Positions 49,101-61,550 of a DNA stretch of 64,000 bases are shown here, piece after piece. Location of the stretch: the NCBI RefSeq assembly GCF_009834535.1, contig NC_045698.1, positions 10,108,001 to 10,172,000 on the forward strand. Direction: 5' to 3'. The position numbers were made by a program, and so were the translations under genes. The notes under the pieces are model-generated. The model saw nothing but the letters and a program-made list of their open reading frames with translations, was not told the DNA's origin and did not search any database. Numbering within the stretch: position 1 is the stretch's first letter; each line of letters opens with the position of its first letter. Source of the stretch: Camelus ferus. Lineage: Eukaryota.

Positions 49101-52100
49101 GTAGATACTGTAAGTTTCTGAAATCTCTGTGCATCTTTCAATAGAGATGTTTATTTAAAGTGTTACGATCTTCTCACCCCCAATAAAAGAGTTGTTGTTA
49201 AACCTTTAGTGTGACCTTACAATCTGCTGCATCCTGAATTAAGCAAATTTTAAAAATACTTGCTGATGTGCTTTAGAGAAAACTGGAGCAATTTGTTTAA
49301 CCCAGCTTGTGAAATGACTCTCAGGCAAGTGATCAGTAGATTTTGGTGGGGTGTGGTATGCATAAATGAAGTCGTGCATGTGTGGGGTGGTGGCTAGGGG
49401 GCTGGACTTCCCTGAAATAGGAGTGAACTGCCAGATCTCAAAGGGATTTTAGTCATTTCCAGTGACTGGGTCCATAACACCCAGATCTTTCTCCTTTTTC
49501 CCATGGTATTAGGGCCCCTCCCTCTCTCGCTGCCTCCTTCCCCAATCCTCTGCCATTTCTTCTTTCCTTCCTTCCGCTTAGAAAGGCTAAAAGTGAGTGT
49601 TCTCAAACTTGAAGCCAAAACAAAGTTACAGAGGATTCCAGGAGAGCTGGGGCCTAACATTGTCTTCTGAATTGAATCCTGAGGACTGTTGACATCAGCT
49701 GAAAAGTCAGTACATAAGAACATCGACAGTGCTTGTCCATCCAGCCCCGTCCTGAGTGGGCTGCATATTCTGTTCATGGGGGGGCCACCTCTGAGGAACA
49801 TTTGAAAGACAAGACTGGCATAGAAGTATTAAATGTGGCCATGAGAAGAGGTCTTCTGGACTCTGAGTGGCCTCCTGGGCCCAGGCTGGCCACCACTCCT
49901 GGCAGAGTACAATGCACACCTGCAGTCCGTGCATACCTGCCACGCGGCACACCTGCCCTGCGTGTGCGGATGCAGAGATGCTTCCCTGCCAAGGAGCAGG
50001 GGACACTTGAGGACATTGCCATTTCATGTCAGACACCTGGGAAAGCACAAAGAGAGGCTAAAAGATAAGTGGAAATAACGATTGGGAGAAGACAGGGAGG
50101 GAAAAAGATGAAATAGATGGAAGATGGTAGATAAGTAACTTCTGGGACATGTAGGGGAAAAATTTTAAATATTTTGAAATTGATTTAATTGATGAGAAGT
50201 AGGCTTGCCTGGATTTGGCTAAGTCATGACATGTATTTTCATAAAAAATTTAAATGAAGCATATTCTTACTGCCAAGTGAAAAAAAAAGCATTTGCCTAT
50301 TTATTGAGTCTTCACTTTTGCCAGGTAAGTTTTTAAGCCTTGCATTTAATATCACTAACATTTTATGCTGCCTTACCTAAGTTATGAGTGTATGTTAAGC
50401 AGTTTGTGGCCAGTAATAGAATTTTTCACAGAAGATATAATTGTTTTCAGTGTTTATTTGATGGCTTGTTCATAGTGTTCCTTAAATTGCTTTTTCCTGC
50501 AGCTGATTTGATTTAGCACAGGGCGCACTGGTGTTGCATTTGTATCTGAAATATTTGGAATGCAGAATTGACAGAATAAACCAAACTGTGGACAGTTGGG
50601 AATAAGCCCATAGTCTGCAAACACATCTGTAGAAAATCTAATGGCAGGAGGCATATCTAACTTGCTTCTCTTACAAATAGGCTGACTTCTCCCATTTGCA
50701 AAGTAAAATAGACAACTGTTAACTTCCTTAATGATTCTGTGAAGGTTCTCCAGTGAACAGTCCCCTTGTGGAAGGTGGAAATGGGAGTTGGGGGTGGGCA
50801 GTGTGGTGAGGTTTTTTTCTTTGAAGCAGAGATGACCGTTATGCTGTTTGGAGTACCTGAGCCTGAGAAGAGCCGCTGAAAAGACTGATGCCTAGCTGTG
50901 CTCCAGTAAATGTTTTCAAAATACTTTTTTCAGCAGCCTGGGACCTGGGTGTTTTGAATAGCTTGTTAAACAGACTTTTAAGAGGTAGAGCCACTACTGA
51001 GTAGTGTTTAAATGTTGACTTGATTCATGAGACTATACTGGAAAATAAATTGCAAACTTGAGTTAAGTGTGACATTTTAAACGAGCCTTTGGTCCTTAAA
51101 ATCACTTTTCCTAGCTGGAGATGATCTAGCTTCTCCCTTGTTTTTCTTGCCTCGTCACCAAGCTTTAGAGCGCCAGGCCGGCCTCCCCAACTCTCAAACA
51201 TATTCCTTTTTTAGAAATAAAAGTACCTGGCCTCTATGATCCATAACTGTGAGTCATCCAGTGGATGGATATTAAAGAACTATAAAAACATACTTCAAGT
51301 AAGATTTTCACGTTGTTCCAGAGCACACTCTAAATTTGGACTCATTTAAAATGGAAGTGAAAGGCTGTACCGTTGGTGCCTTGATGAAACATTCTGGTTG
51401 ATGCTACTTTTGAGTTGCCTTTCACACGGGCAGGGTCAGCCTCACCTGGACAGAGGCACTGGGTTGACTTTCATTTGCCTCTGAAATGACGGCCCCTCAT
51501 TCGTACATCAGTAACGGTAACCAGTTTCTGATGTTTGAGAGTCTTGGACAAAAAGCCTGAAGGTTTTGCCATGCCAGTGTGAGCTAATACTTGGCAGATA
51601 CATTCATGTTTATTTAAAGTTTTATTTTAATGTTTGGTGATGTTTGGGCAAATTAGACACAGCATGAGTGCTTGCTAATACCAAGATGTGTTAACAGTGG
51701 GAAGGTCATGAGATGAAAAAGTTACTTTGCCAGAGTAGCCAGAAGTGATGAATGGGGACTTGATAGTGTTTTATGGAATGTCAGTTTTGGCCTGTCTTTC
51801 TTATGTGTCTAATTATTATGCCACATACAGTAAGTTGAAGTCCTGGAATGAATTGCATGCTATTTTCCCCACCATTTTGAAATGCAGTACATAGTATTAA
51901 CAAAGCTGATGCCCAGCCAAGAGTTAATGGAGGCAATAAGGATTTTTAAGAAAAAGCAAAAGTTACCAGGTTTTTTTGTTGTGGTGGTGGTGTTTTGTTT
52001 TGTTGATAGTTGAGGCTCCAAGGTACGGAGAATGCCATTCTCTCTGCATTGCCATGAGATTGTAAACATTTGTGTCGTGGGCTTTGTTTGACACACTTTT

Positions 52101-52999
52101 GTTCCCTATAGCGTTAGTGTAATATCTGGCTTGAAATTGGCTCTCCGTCGGGATGGACCTTTGAATCTATGTTTTTGAAAATCATTGTGCCAAGGAGTGT
52201 TTTTAGCAGTCACATTCAATCCAGTTTGTAACCTGAATAAATTATGTGTTTTTTTGTTGCTAGAATTTTTGAACTTATGAACAAAAATGAACTTTTGTAA
52301 TAGACCTTGACATTTGAATTTTTATTTCAATTTGATCTCACATAGAACTCTTATTGAGTAAAGGGTGCTGTGAAGGTTTGCTTTATACAGAGTGCTCCAA
52401 GGAGTTATTGCTACTTAGATGTTACATTTTGTGTTTCCTAATTGTTAAAATGATGTATTTCCTTATAAAACAATGACAGAACTATACATGGGGGGAGGGG
52501 AGGAGAAAGGAATTATTAAAATAATGAAAGAAAGGCTTCTTTCTTACAGGGATGAATGTATTTTGTCGTTGAAGTTTTCATTTGTTCTGCTGCTGAGCCA
52601 GTCCTGGTTGAGCTGGGAGCAGACCCTGCTCTGTTAGATTTGCAGATAAGAAGCGTGATTCTGTCTTTGTTTCTTTCATAATCACAACCTCGCTTTTCTC
52701 CTTGCCAGCCGAGAACTTAGGCCAGAATATCAACAAGGTGGAACATCACAAATTTGGATTTGTGAATACAGATTTTATAAAATCACTAGTGTTTTATTCC
52801 TGACATCTGCCAGGTTATGCAGAATAAAGAGTTTAAAAAACATTTTGGTGAAAAGGACAAACTCTGCACTTGTTGGAGTTGAGTAAATATTTTGTGATTC
52901 AGTTTCAAGTGATCTTAGGATAATTGAGATGCCAGCTTGCCTTTCTTGGGTGCCGACACGGTGCCATCTGTTGTTCTCAGGGCAGCTTTCCTTGCCTGA

Positions 53000-53150
53000 G
53001 GTACTCACTAAATAAGGACACTGTTGTCCCCACTCCACACAGGGAACTGGAGGTACAGAGGAGTTAAGTAGCCCATGGTACAGAGTTAGTTAAGGAATGG
53101 GATGATTTGAACATAGTTCCTGGTCCAGCCTCATAGCCACTTAGCTTTAA
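53000..53150 (-). mobile_element. MIR fragment
   Basis: GTCCCCACTCCACACAGGGAACTGGAGGTACAGAGGAGTTAAGTAGCCCATGGTACAG. Confidence 0.55.
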
Positions 53151-56100
53151 CTGTTTTCAACTAAATAACTCAGTAGACATGGGCATAAATTAATGCAGTT
53201 TATTTTTTACATGACTTATCAAATGAGACCCGTTATTTTCTAACGTCTTGAAAGCTGTTTCCTGTATTTGAGTGATTTTTCTGCCCTCATTTTCATCATC
53301 TTCCCCTGCACCGTTGATGATAACCTATAAATAGGGACTGGTAAGGGAGGAAGGAGGCAAGCCCACCAGTAACAACTTTTGGCTCCAGATGGTTTTCCTC
53401 CGTTTTTTAGCTTTTCTGCTGTAATTTCTCCCGTTTCCAGGTCTGTCCTGTGAGTCGAGTCCCATGTTGCCTGGGAACGTCCGGGTGGGGAGAATCTGGT
53501 GATGCCATTTAAGCGGAAAGGCCGTGGGATGAGCCCGTGCACTTGTGTGCACAGCGAATGTATTTTTAGCAGTAGAGCTTTGGCTCATTGTAGTGAAAAT
53601 GTTTTTCCGTGAATAATTCTTTAATGTTGGTCTTGGGTTTTTACTGCAGACGTTACAAGTCTGGCTCTGGTTCCCCTTTTAAAAACTCATACAAATTGCC
53701 AGTTTGGTGTAGGGTTAGGGAATCACGTTACTTTCGATTATATTTATTTCTATTTTTAGTATTTAAGTTATTTTTTAAAATGTAGCAGTATTGAAAAAAA
53801 TGTGTCTACATGTGAAAATTATTCCACATTAAGCCCAAGCTTTAGTGAGGATTCTGGCACGTGACTTGTGGCACGTGCCTACTCTTGAATACTGTGTACA
53901 AGTCTGGTGCTTCTGCTCCCGTGGTTTAATGAAGCACCCAGTACCCTTAATGATGTATTTATTATCAAATTTGGATGAAAATCACCAGCCCAGCAACAAG
54001 TGGAATGGTTTTGAGACGTTTCTCATTTTCCAAACACTCAGTATTTCTGTTGAATTGGATTGGAGGGGCCAGGAAAGGATTCGTCCTGAAAAACAGAGAT
54101 GGCTGTTACTTTTTATGCTAAGTAAGTGTGTGGCCTGGGAGAATGTGTTGGGTCATTCCTATCCCAGGTGGAACACGACTGAGGCATGCATAAATTTATG
54201 GGTCAGTGCAGTTCATTTTCCTGCCCTCACGAAGGTACTCTGTGTGATTTCTGCCCATCTGGGCTTTAAAGAGGTCTGTGGTTCTCTGCGGAGAGCCAGG
54301 TCTTCAGAATTTAGTTCGTTTCTTGCACAGACAGTTGGCCTCTTTTGGTCAACAGAGCTGGTTTATGTTGTCGTTAGTGAATGGATCTATAGCGAGGATG
54401 TTACAGGCTTGATCTAACGCAGGCCACTAATTTTGAACAGGGGAGACAGCCTACTGAAGGGGATTGCTTCCTCTGGTCCCTGGGGCCACTGCTAACCTGT
54501 GGCCCTCCTGTGGGCTGCAAGGTGACAGGTAGGGCTGCGTGGGTCAGACCCCGTCCGCTCAGGTGTGTAGGGAAGCCTAGCTGCTGACAAAGAGGATGTC
54601 GTCAAATTTAGGCAATCTGAAAAGAAAAAGAAATACCAATACCATCCGTGAAATCAACCACTTACACAAATGTTTAAAAAAGAACATTGGTGAACCCCTT
54701 TGTTCTTAAGAGATCATTATAAAAATGTGTATGTGCAAAACATGTCTTCCTAAAGAAGTCTGAGCCTCTCAGAGGAGAAACTGGAGTTGGCTCCTGGCCT
54801 TCTTGCAGACACTCGCCTTTACTCACTTCCTGCCTGTCTCAGTGATTCAGGCACCTGAAACTTCAGTGGAAGTGTTTCTTTGATTTGGCTTCTCTCTCCT
54901 CCTTTTTATTCATTTGAAGATGGACTCAGATGCTTGGGGCAGTGACTTGTGGTGCTTCTAATCCTTTGCAGATACCTGCCCATCCCCCCACATCTTCAAA
55001 GAACTTACTAAATTTTGTTTAATTCCTCCTCAAAAAGAAGTGAATGGCTGGCCTAGTCTATTCAGTTTTTCAGGACACATTTGCATACCTGCCCCTTCAT
55101 TTGACACCTGTGGCTTCTGAAAATAAAGCCAGATAGCGCTGCATAGTAATTTAATCAGTTGTATCCACACAAGTGCTTCTAGGATTTCCCTCCTGAATTA
55201 GGTAACAGTACCCTTCCCCCGAGATTGATACATATAATTAATTAAGTAGCTCAGCAAGTTCTCCTGGAAAGGGGGGAGTGGCAGGCACAACGTTTCCACC
55301 TTTGCAGACCTCCCCCCAGTACACAGGTGGGAGGCCTTGTACTGTGGCATTGACCAGAGGTGTGTCCACTGTTCGTCTGCCTCTGGGTCCCACCCTGTGG
55401 GGCAGGGCTGGTTCATTAAAGTTCCCACAGTATTTATCAAAAAACCCAGTTGGGCCTACTTGGCATATATGTCTGTTACACTCTGCATCCACAAATGTTG
55501 AAATGATTTTTCTAGAAATTAGAAGCAAGTTATTGATCATGAGTCATTTGTTGGCTATGCAGTGCGCATGCGGTCTTCTACTGCCATTTGAGAATAGCCC
55601 CTTAACTTTCATTATCATTAACACCTGGAGTATAATTTATAACAATAAGAAGAGTGAATAAATCATAGGTCAGATGAATAGGGAAGTTCATTCTGATGAT
55701 AAAGTAGACACTAATCAGGACTTAAAGAATTAGGCCACAGTCAGGAAAGTTGCAGACTGGAAAAATAATTATTAGTGGAGAATCTCGTGGTTCTTAGCAT
55801 ATCTTCCTGAAGCTAGCAGCTCTGCTTCTTCACTGTGAAATCCTCATTGTGCTGATTAACCTCTGTATTTAGTAACCCCAGGTAGCTCATTTATTGTTCA
55901 ATGTTCACACTTTTTTTTTAAACTAAACATATTAGGAGATGCTGGCATATCAAAGATGTGAACGAAAAATAGAAGGAATTTAGAAAGAGTAATAAAGACT
56001 AGAATTGGGAGATAATGCACCCTAATGTAAAAAAAGGAATTCAGAAAGAATGATGCATCTAATCGTCAGGGATAATGTGATTGTATTGTAAAGGAGAGGA

Positions 56101-58559
56101 ACGTATTTAGCACTTATAATAATAGTAATGACAATAATAAGGAATGCTTTCATTTAGCAAGTGTCTCATTCAGATGTAGAGGAAGTGCCCCCAGTAACTT
56201 CTTGGAAGCCTGAGGTAGGTTGCCAAGTAATCTGTTGTACAAATCAGAACATCTGTAAGAATGAAAGGGAGTGCTGTTGGTAACTATGCTGGGGCAACAG
56301 GTGTGACTCAAAACTGCCTGTAAGGTAGTTAATAACAAGAATATGATAGAACCCTACTCATTCAGTCAGTGTAACGCTGGCCTTTCCATGAGTATTTACT
56401 GGTCTAGAATAGAAGAGGGAGGGTCTGGTTAATACAGTGGATCTGGTTTGTTATTACACCGATTAAACATATTCTGCATAGGCATTACCTGTCCTCAGGG
56501 CTGAGTCTGGACTACCCTTAAAATCAGAGTTCTAAAAACCTTGAGTGTGGTTTACAAGTCAGAAATGGTTACTCCGCAAGATATAGTTTACTTTGAAGGT
56601 AAAAGAGTGATGATGGGTATGGGAAAGTGCCATATATGGCATTGTTTTTAACAGCTTATGAGATTTGGAGAACTCTGGATATTTTCAAAAGCTTTCTGCT
56701 GCTGCTGGGAATGAAATGGAGGCCCTGCTGGGAAGTAACTCAGAAATCTGTCAATAACTGCTCTAATTCCAGGAGCTCGAATTTGGAAGTTTTGTCTGCA
56801 AAACTGTTTCTGTTCAGCTTCTATTTATTAGTAATAATTTTGAATTTCTGTTTATTGTATGGCACATATTTTTGATTAAAATATTTTTATTCAGCCATTA
56901 AAATGAGGTAGGTAGTAGGGTAATACTATAATAATAATACACCTTGATACCGAAGGATGTTCATAATTAAGAAAGTGATCAGGCAATTAACAAAACAGTA
57001 TTGTTATTTGCTTCTATTTTTCTTTTAGGAAAAAGTGTACCCTTGGGCATGCATGTTACAGATAAAATAGTGTAAGGATATATTACTAAATTTAACTGCT
57101 TATTTGAGAATTAGTGGGATTTCTGTTTATTTCCTTCTAACTGGTGATACATTGACCAGATTTTCTGTTCATGTCTACTTTTAAAATACGAAAACCTAGA
57201 AATGAACCTTTTTCCTTTGATAAAAGTGGTGGTTCGTACTCTGAAGCTGGCTAGCTCTTTATGTTCAAGATTGTGTTTTCAGATGGTGAAATCATTCACC
57301 GTCATCCCGTTCTCATGGTCAGAAGCCAGAGATCAGTTACGACATGTCATTCAGAAAGCGCTCTGTAACCAGCGAGGCAGTCGTGTGGTGGTCAGATGTC
57401 ATAACCGGCAGGCCCGTGGTCATCCTTCAGGCTCTGCCATCCTCTGTCGGCAGAGTCAGAGCATCTCATCCGACAGGGGCGTCTTTCTGATTATTTCCAC
57501 ATGCGTTTAGGTGACTGATTTATGTGTAACTGGGGAATAAGACCTCCCATGCATTCTTACAGCCTCCCTGACTACTGCAGTTAAAGATGAAGAGGAGGAT
57601 GCTGAAGTTACTGAAAATCCTAGTGACCATTTATGGTGTGCTCTTACTATGCCGTGCCTGGGGCAGACTCTAAGCCCAAATCCTCTGCTCCACCTCTGGA
57701 CTGACCAGCCTGCCTCTCTTCCTGTGCTTTCTCACTATTCTCAGCAAGAGCGTTGGCTCCGTCAGCACTTCTGGCCTGTCCAGCTCCAGTGCCAGCGAGG
57801 CACCTTGAGGACCAGGCAGTTGGTGCAGCTCTGCCCACTCATGTGTTGAGCATCCCTGCATCGTCAAAGTCAGCAGGTGCCACACGCATTGCTAAGGGAC
57901 TTTCTACCCTTGAAGTTCCTTAGAAATATGACTTGTCTTTCCACTTCTTGGCGTGTGTGTAATTTTATGAATTCTTCTGACTCATGTTGTTTCCATCCTC
58001 CAGTTTGATGTCTCTGAGCGTGGATCAGCAGGCGGTAGGTAGTTTGTTTTTCCTTTGTATTTATGCTCTCAGTCTTTCATTTTCTCTTTAAAGTCTATAA
58101 ATGGAAGTAAAGTAAATAAGGCACATATGGGCCCTTTTGTTTGACTGTTTAAAAGGTTTATAATGATCATTTTCTTTCTTCATTATTACACAGGTGCCCC
58201 ACTAGGTGGAGTGATGGACATGGTGAGAGATTTAGGACTTGATTCATTTTTAAGTTAAATGTTAAGTCCATAGACATCTCTAGATACCTGGATAGTAACT
58301 GAATTTTAAAAATTCAAGTAAAGTCTGTGTTTCAAGGGAAGGATGTTATTCTAGGAATTCTGCTGAAATAAACGGTGTGTGTAGGCGAATGCTTGAATAT
58401 TTAGGCATTGCCGGTAGCGGAGTTGGCAGTGTTAAACAGCTTATGGCATATTCAATACAGGAATACTAGATGGCCCTTATAGGGGATGGTTTAGATCTGT
58501 ATTTACTTTTACAGAAAGATGTCCACTGTAAGTGTACATATATGCACACATGTGTAAGA

Positions 58560-59700
58560 CATTGACATAATGCCAGACAGCCAGAAAACCTGCAAAAATT
58601 GTATGAAATAATTCTAAATACTTTTCACCCTGATTTCCCCAATGTTAATATTTTACCACATTTGTTATATCATTCATGTTTTCTTCTTTCTGTTTTTTAT
58701 ATATTTTTTTTATCCTCTAGATAAACTTTTTTTTTTTCCCTGAAACATTTGTAATTAAGGTGTAGACATGATGCCTCTCTTACCACCAGATACCTCAGGG
58801 TGTACTTCCTAAAACCAAGGATGTTCCATTACATACCACAGTAAAATGATCGAAATCAGGAAAGTTACGTTGATTGAGCACTGTCATTTAATTTAGAAAC
58901 CTTATTCAGATTTTGCCAGTCGTCTCGGTAATGTCCTTTATCTGGTGCAGGGTCTGTTCCAGGATCACACATGCATTTAGTTGCTTGTCTCTTTGGTTCT
59001 CTTTTAATCTGGAAGAGCTAGCTACTCAGTCTTTCCTTATCTGTCAGGACCTTGACAGTTTTGAGGAATACAAGCTAGTGAATTCTAGCCAAACCGTTGA
59101 GTGTTCCTCTGTATGGATTTCTGTGTTAATTCCTCATGATTAGCTTCAGAGGATGCATTTTTGCTAGAAGGGTGGTGGAAGTGATGCGCTCGTCCCTGTG
59201 CGTTTCATCAGGAAGCGCACAGCGTTCTGTGTCTGTCCCGTGACTGGTGACATTAACTTTGATCGCTCAGGTGGTTCCTACCAATCTCCTTTGTAAAATT
59301 AATAACTTTTTGCTTTGTAATTAGTATCTTGTGAGGATTTTCTTTGAAACTGTGTAAGAATCACATTTCTCATCATGCTTTCCCCTTTTAACTTTATACC
59401 CATTGGTGATTTTTGCTTGTCTGGTATTTGCCAAATGGTAATTTTCTAATTCCTTCCCTTGTTCTTACATTAGTTGCAATGCTACTGGAAGAAAGAGCTT
59501 TCCCTACTCATTTACCTGTTTGTTTATATCAGAATAGGCTCATAGATTGTCAATTAGTTCTATTGATTATTATCCATTATTATCATTATTTCTGCCCAGA
59601 TTGTTTCAGGTTGGCCAGTGGGAGCCTGCTCAAGTTTCAGCTTGCCCTGAGCACTTTGTAGCACTTTGTAGGTTTTTCTGAGCACTTCCCTTAACTTGTC
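58560..59700 (-). mobile_element. Old L1 (L1MC4/L1ME-like) 3' region
   Basis: TTCACCCTGATTTCCCCAATGTTAATATTTTACCACATTTG, TTCCTAAAACCAAGGA and TTGGCCAGTGGGAGCC motifs. Confidence 0.8.
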
Positions 59701-60164
59701 TGTTCTGTTTTAGTTGGTGGTGTGTGTTTTACGTGGAATCACTACTTTACTAGATTTTATGTAAGCTTATCTATATATTTGTGATTATATACATTTTAAA
59801 AACTCTAAATGAGATTTATTTAAATGTTAGTGATGGTTGCCTTTGGGTTGTGAAATTATTGGTTATCTGTATTTTTTTCTGAAGAAAAAAAAAAAAAAAA
59901 GGCCATATCACACGTATGTTACTTTTATCAGGGAAAAAAGTTGTTTTTAAACAGCGAAGATTAGTTGTGACTGGAAGTCACACATCTCTAAGCCTAACTG
60001 AAATTATCCTGCCTCGTCTGCCTGTCTTTTGGGGACATTTGTGTTTTTCAGGTTATGTTATGTGTGAAGTGGGGCACTGCCACTGAATGCCATCTAAGTA
60101 GTTGAAACAATCATTCTACCTTTAGACGTTTAGAAATCCCAGTAGCCTGTGCTCTGCTCCTTTT

Positions 60165-60275
60165 TTGTGACTGATGAGGCATCTGTCTGCCTGGATGGTT
60201 AAGTGACTTGCCCAGAGTCATGTGGAGGAAATTGAGGGTCAATTTAAAGTTCTGACCCTGAGTCCAGTGTGCTTA
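60165..60275 (-). mobile_element. MIR fragment
   Basis: GGTTAAGTGACTTGCCCAGAGTCA..CTGAGTCCAGTGTGCTT. Confidence 0.65.
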
Positions 60276-61069
60276 GAAAACCCTTAATACTGTTTTCATT
60301 TGTTTGTAGCCACCTTCTGGCTACAAGGGACTATGAAGTGTTAAAGAACCTTCCACTTAAATTTGTCTGTGCCGTTCACTGGGTAATATTCCAGAGCTTT
60401 ACATGCAGAAGTCATCGAAGGCCATTTGGCTGTGGTTGGTGGTTAACAACTTCAGGTGATGCTGGGTTGGTTTCCGGGTAGACGGGTCGTGAATTGCTGA
60501 TCAGTCTGCTGCTTAGCATTCATCCCGTAATTACGCTGTTAGTCTATAATTGCAAAAACATAGTTGGGTTGATTGATGGAGGGCAGGTAAATTTGTGCCA
60601 GTTGTTTAAATTTGTAAACTTTCTCTAGAATGAAGACCTGCCTGCCAGGAGAAGAAAGGTCTACCTGTGCGCCACTAAGTGATGTCTGTCGAAGGTCAGG
60701 AAAGCCTCCCTCAACCCCTGCAGACTCGCTCTGATTCCCCTCTCCTGCCCGCTCAGAGCACCTTGTCCTGGATCACTCGCTCCTGTGGCGGCGGGCATGT
60801 ATGTGGGCACATACGCTTATATGTCAGGGTGCTTCCTGCCTGACCTGTCCTCAGCTCCAGGCACAGCGCCCCTCACACAGCAGGGGTGCAGCAGCAGTGA
60901 GAATGCCATTCACCCTGTCCAGTGCTGACCCCTATCCCTTTCTCTTTTTGAAAGGACGTATAAAGACCCGATTCCTAAAGCAGTTACATCATTAGTCACG
61001 GCTTTGGTTGGAAGCAGTGGAAACCATTTCGAGCCAATAATAAGCATCTCAGGTGGTAACAGTAGCACG

Positions 61070-61550
61070 TGTGTATCAAGAACCACGAACCGCTGAGCTG
61101 TTTACCCTACTTGCAAGCTAAAAGGTTAGCCTGCCACAGTCTGACAGCTGCTGACAGAAGACACGAGACTCCTGGCTCAGAGACCAAGAACTTTTATTAC
61201 TCATGGTGCTAACAGTAGTCATGGTATCAGCATTTTGGGGCACTAGTTCTAGAAAACCTGATTTCTATAGGGTGATGCTGAGGCCAGTCAACACCTGTGC
61301 ACGCTGTGGGGTGTATCGCAGGAGAGGAACCCTGAGTCTTTTATACTGGACTGTAAACCTGACTGTTCTTTGCTTTAAAGAGAGACCGTCTCTTTGCCTT
61401 CCAAGTCCTTAAGCAGACCTGCCTCTGCTCTGGGGGGAAGCACTGTCTTCTGAGTCTGTTTGCCTAAATTTATCCTTGTAATGATGATCTGGAGCAAAGA
61501 GTGCCTCTGCTTGCGTCATGTGTAGAATCGTGAGAGATCTTGGTCTCCAC
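61070..61550. mobile_element. ERVL-class solo LTR (MER74/MER73-like)
   Basis: CCCTACTTGCAAGCTAA.AGGTTAGCCTGCCACAGT..GCTGACAGAAGACACGAGACTCCTGG.TCAGAGAC.AAG.ACTTTTATTACTCA matches the recalled family consensus. Confidence 0.7.

Noticed and set aside
49503..49597. ATG GTA TTA GGG... to AAA|GTGAGT as an alternative TRIO first exon
   Set aside because: The frame is not in phase 1 at the donor, so it is incompatible with the exon 2 junction.
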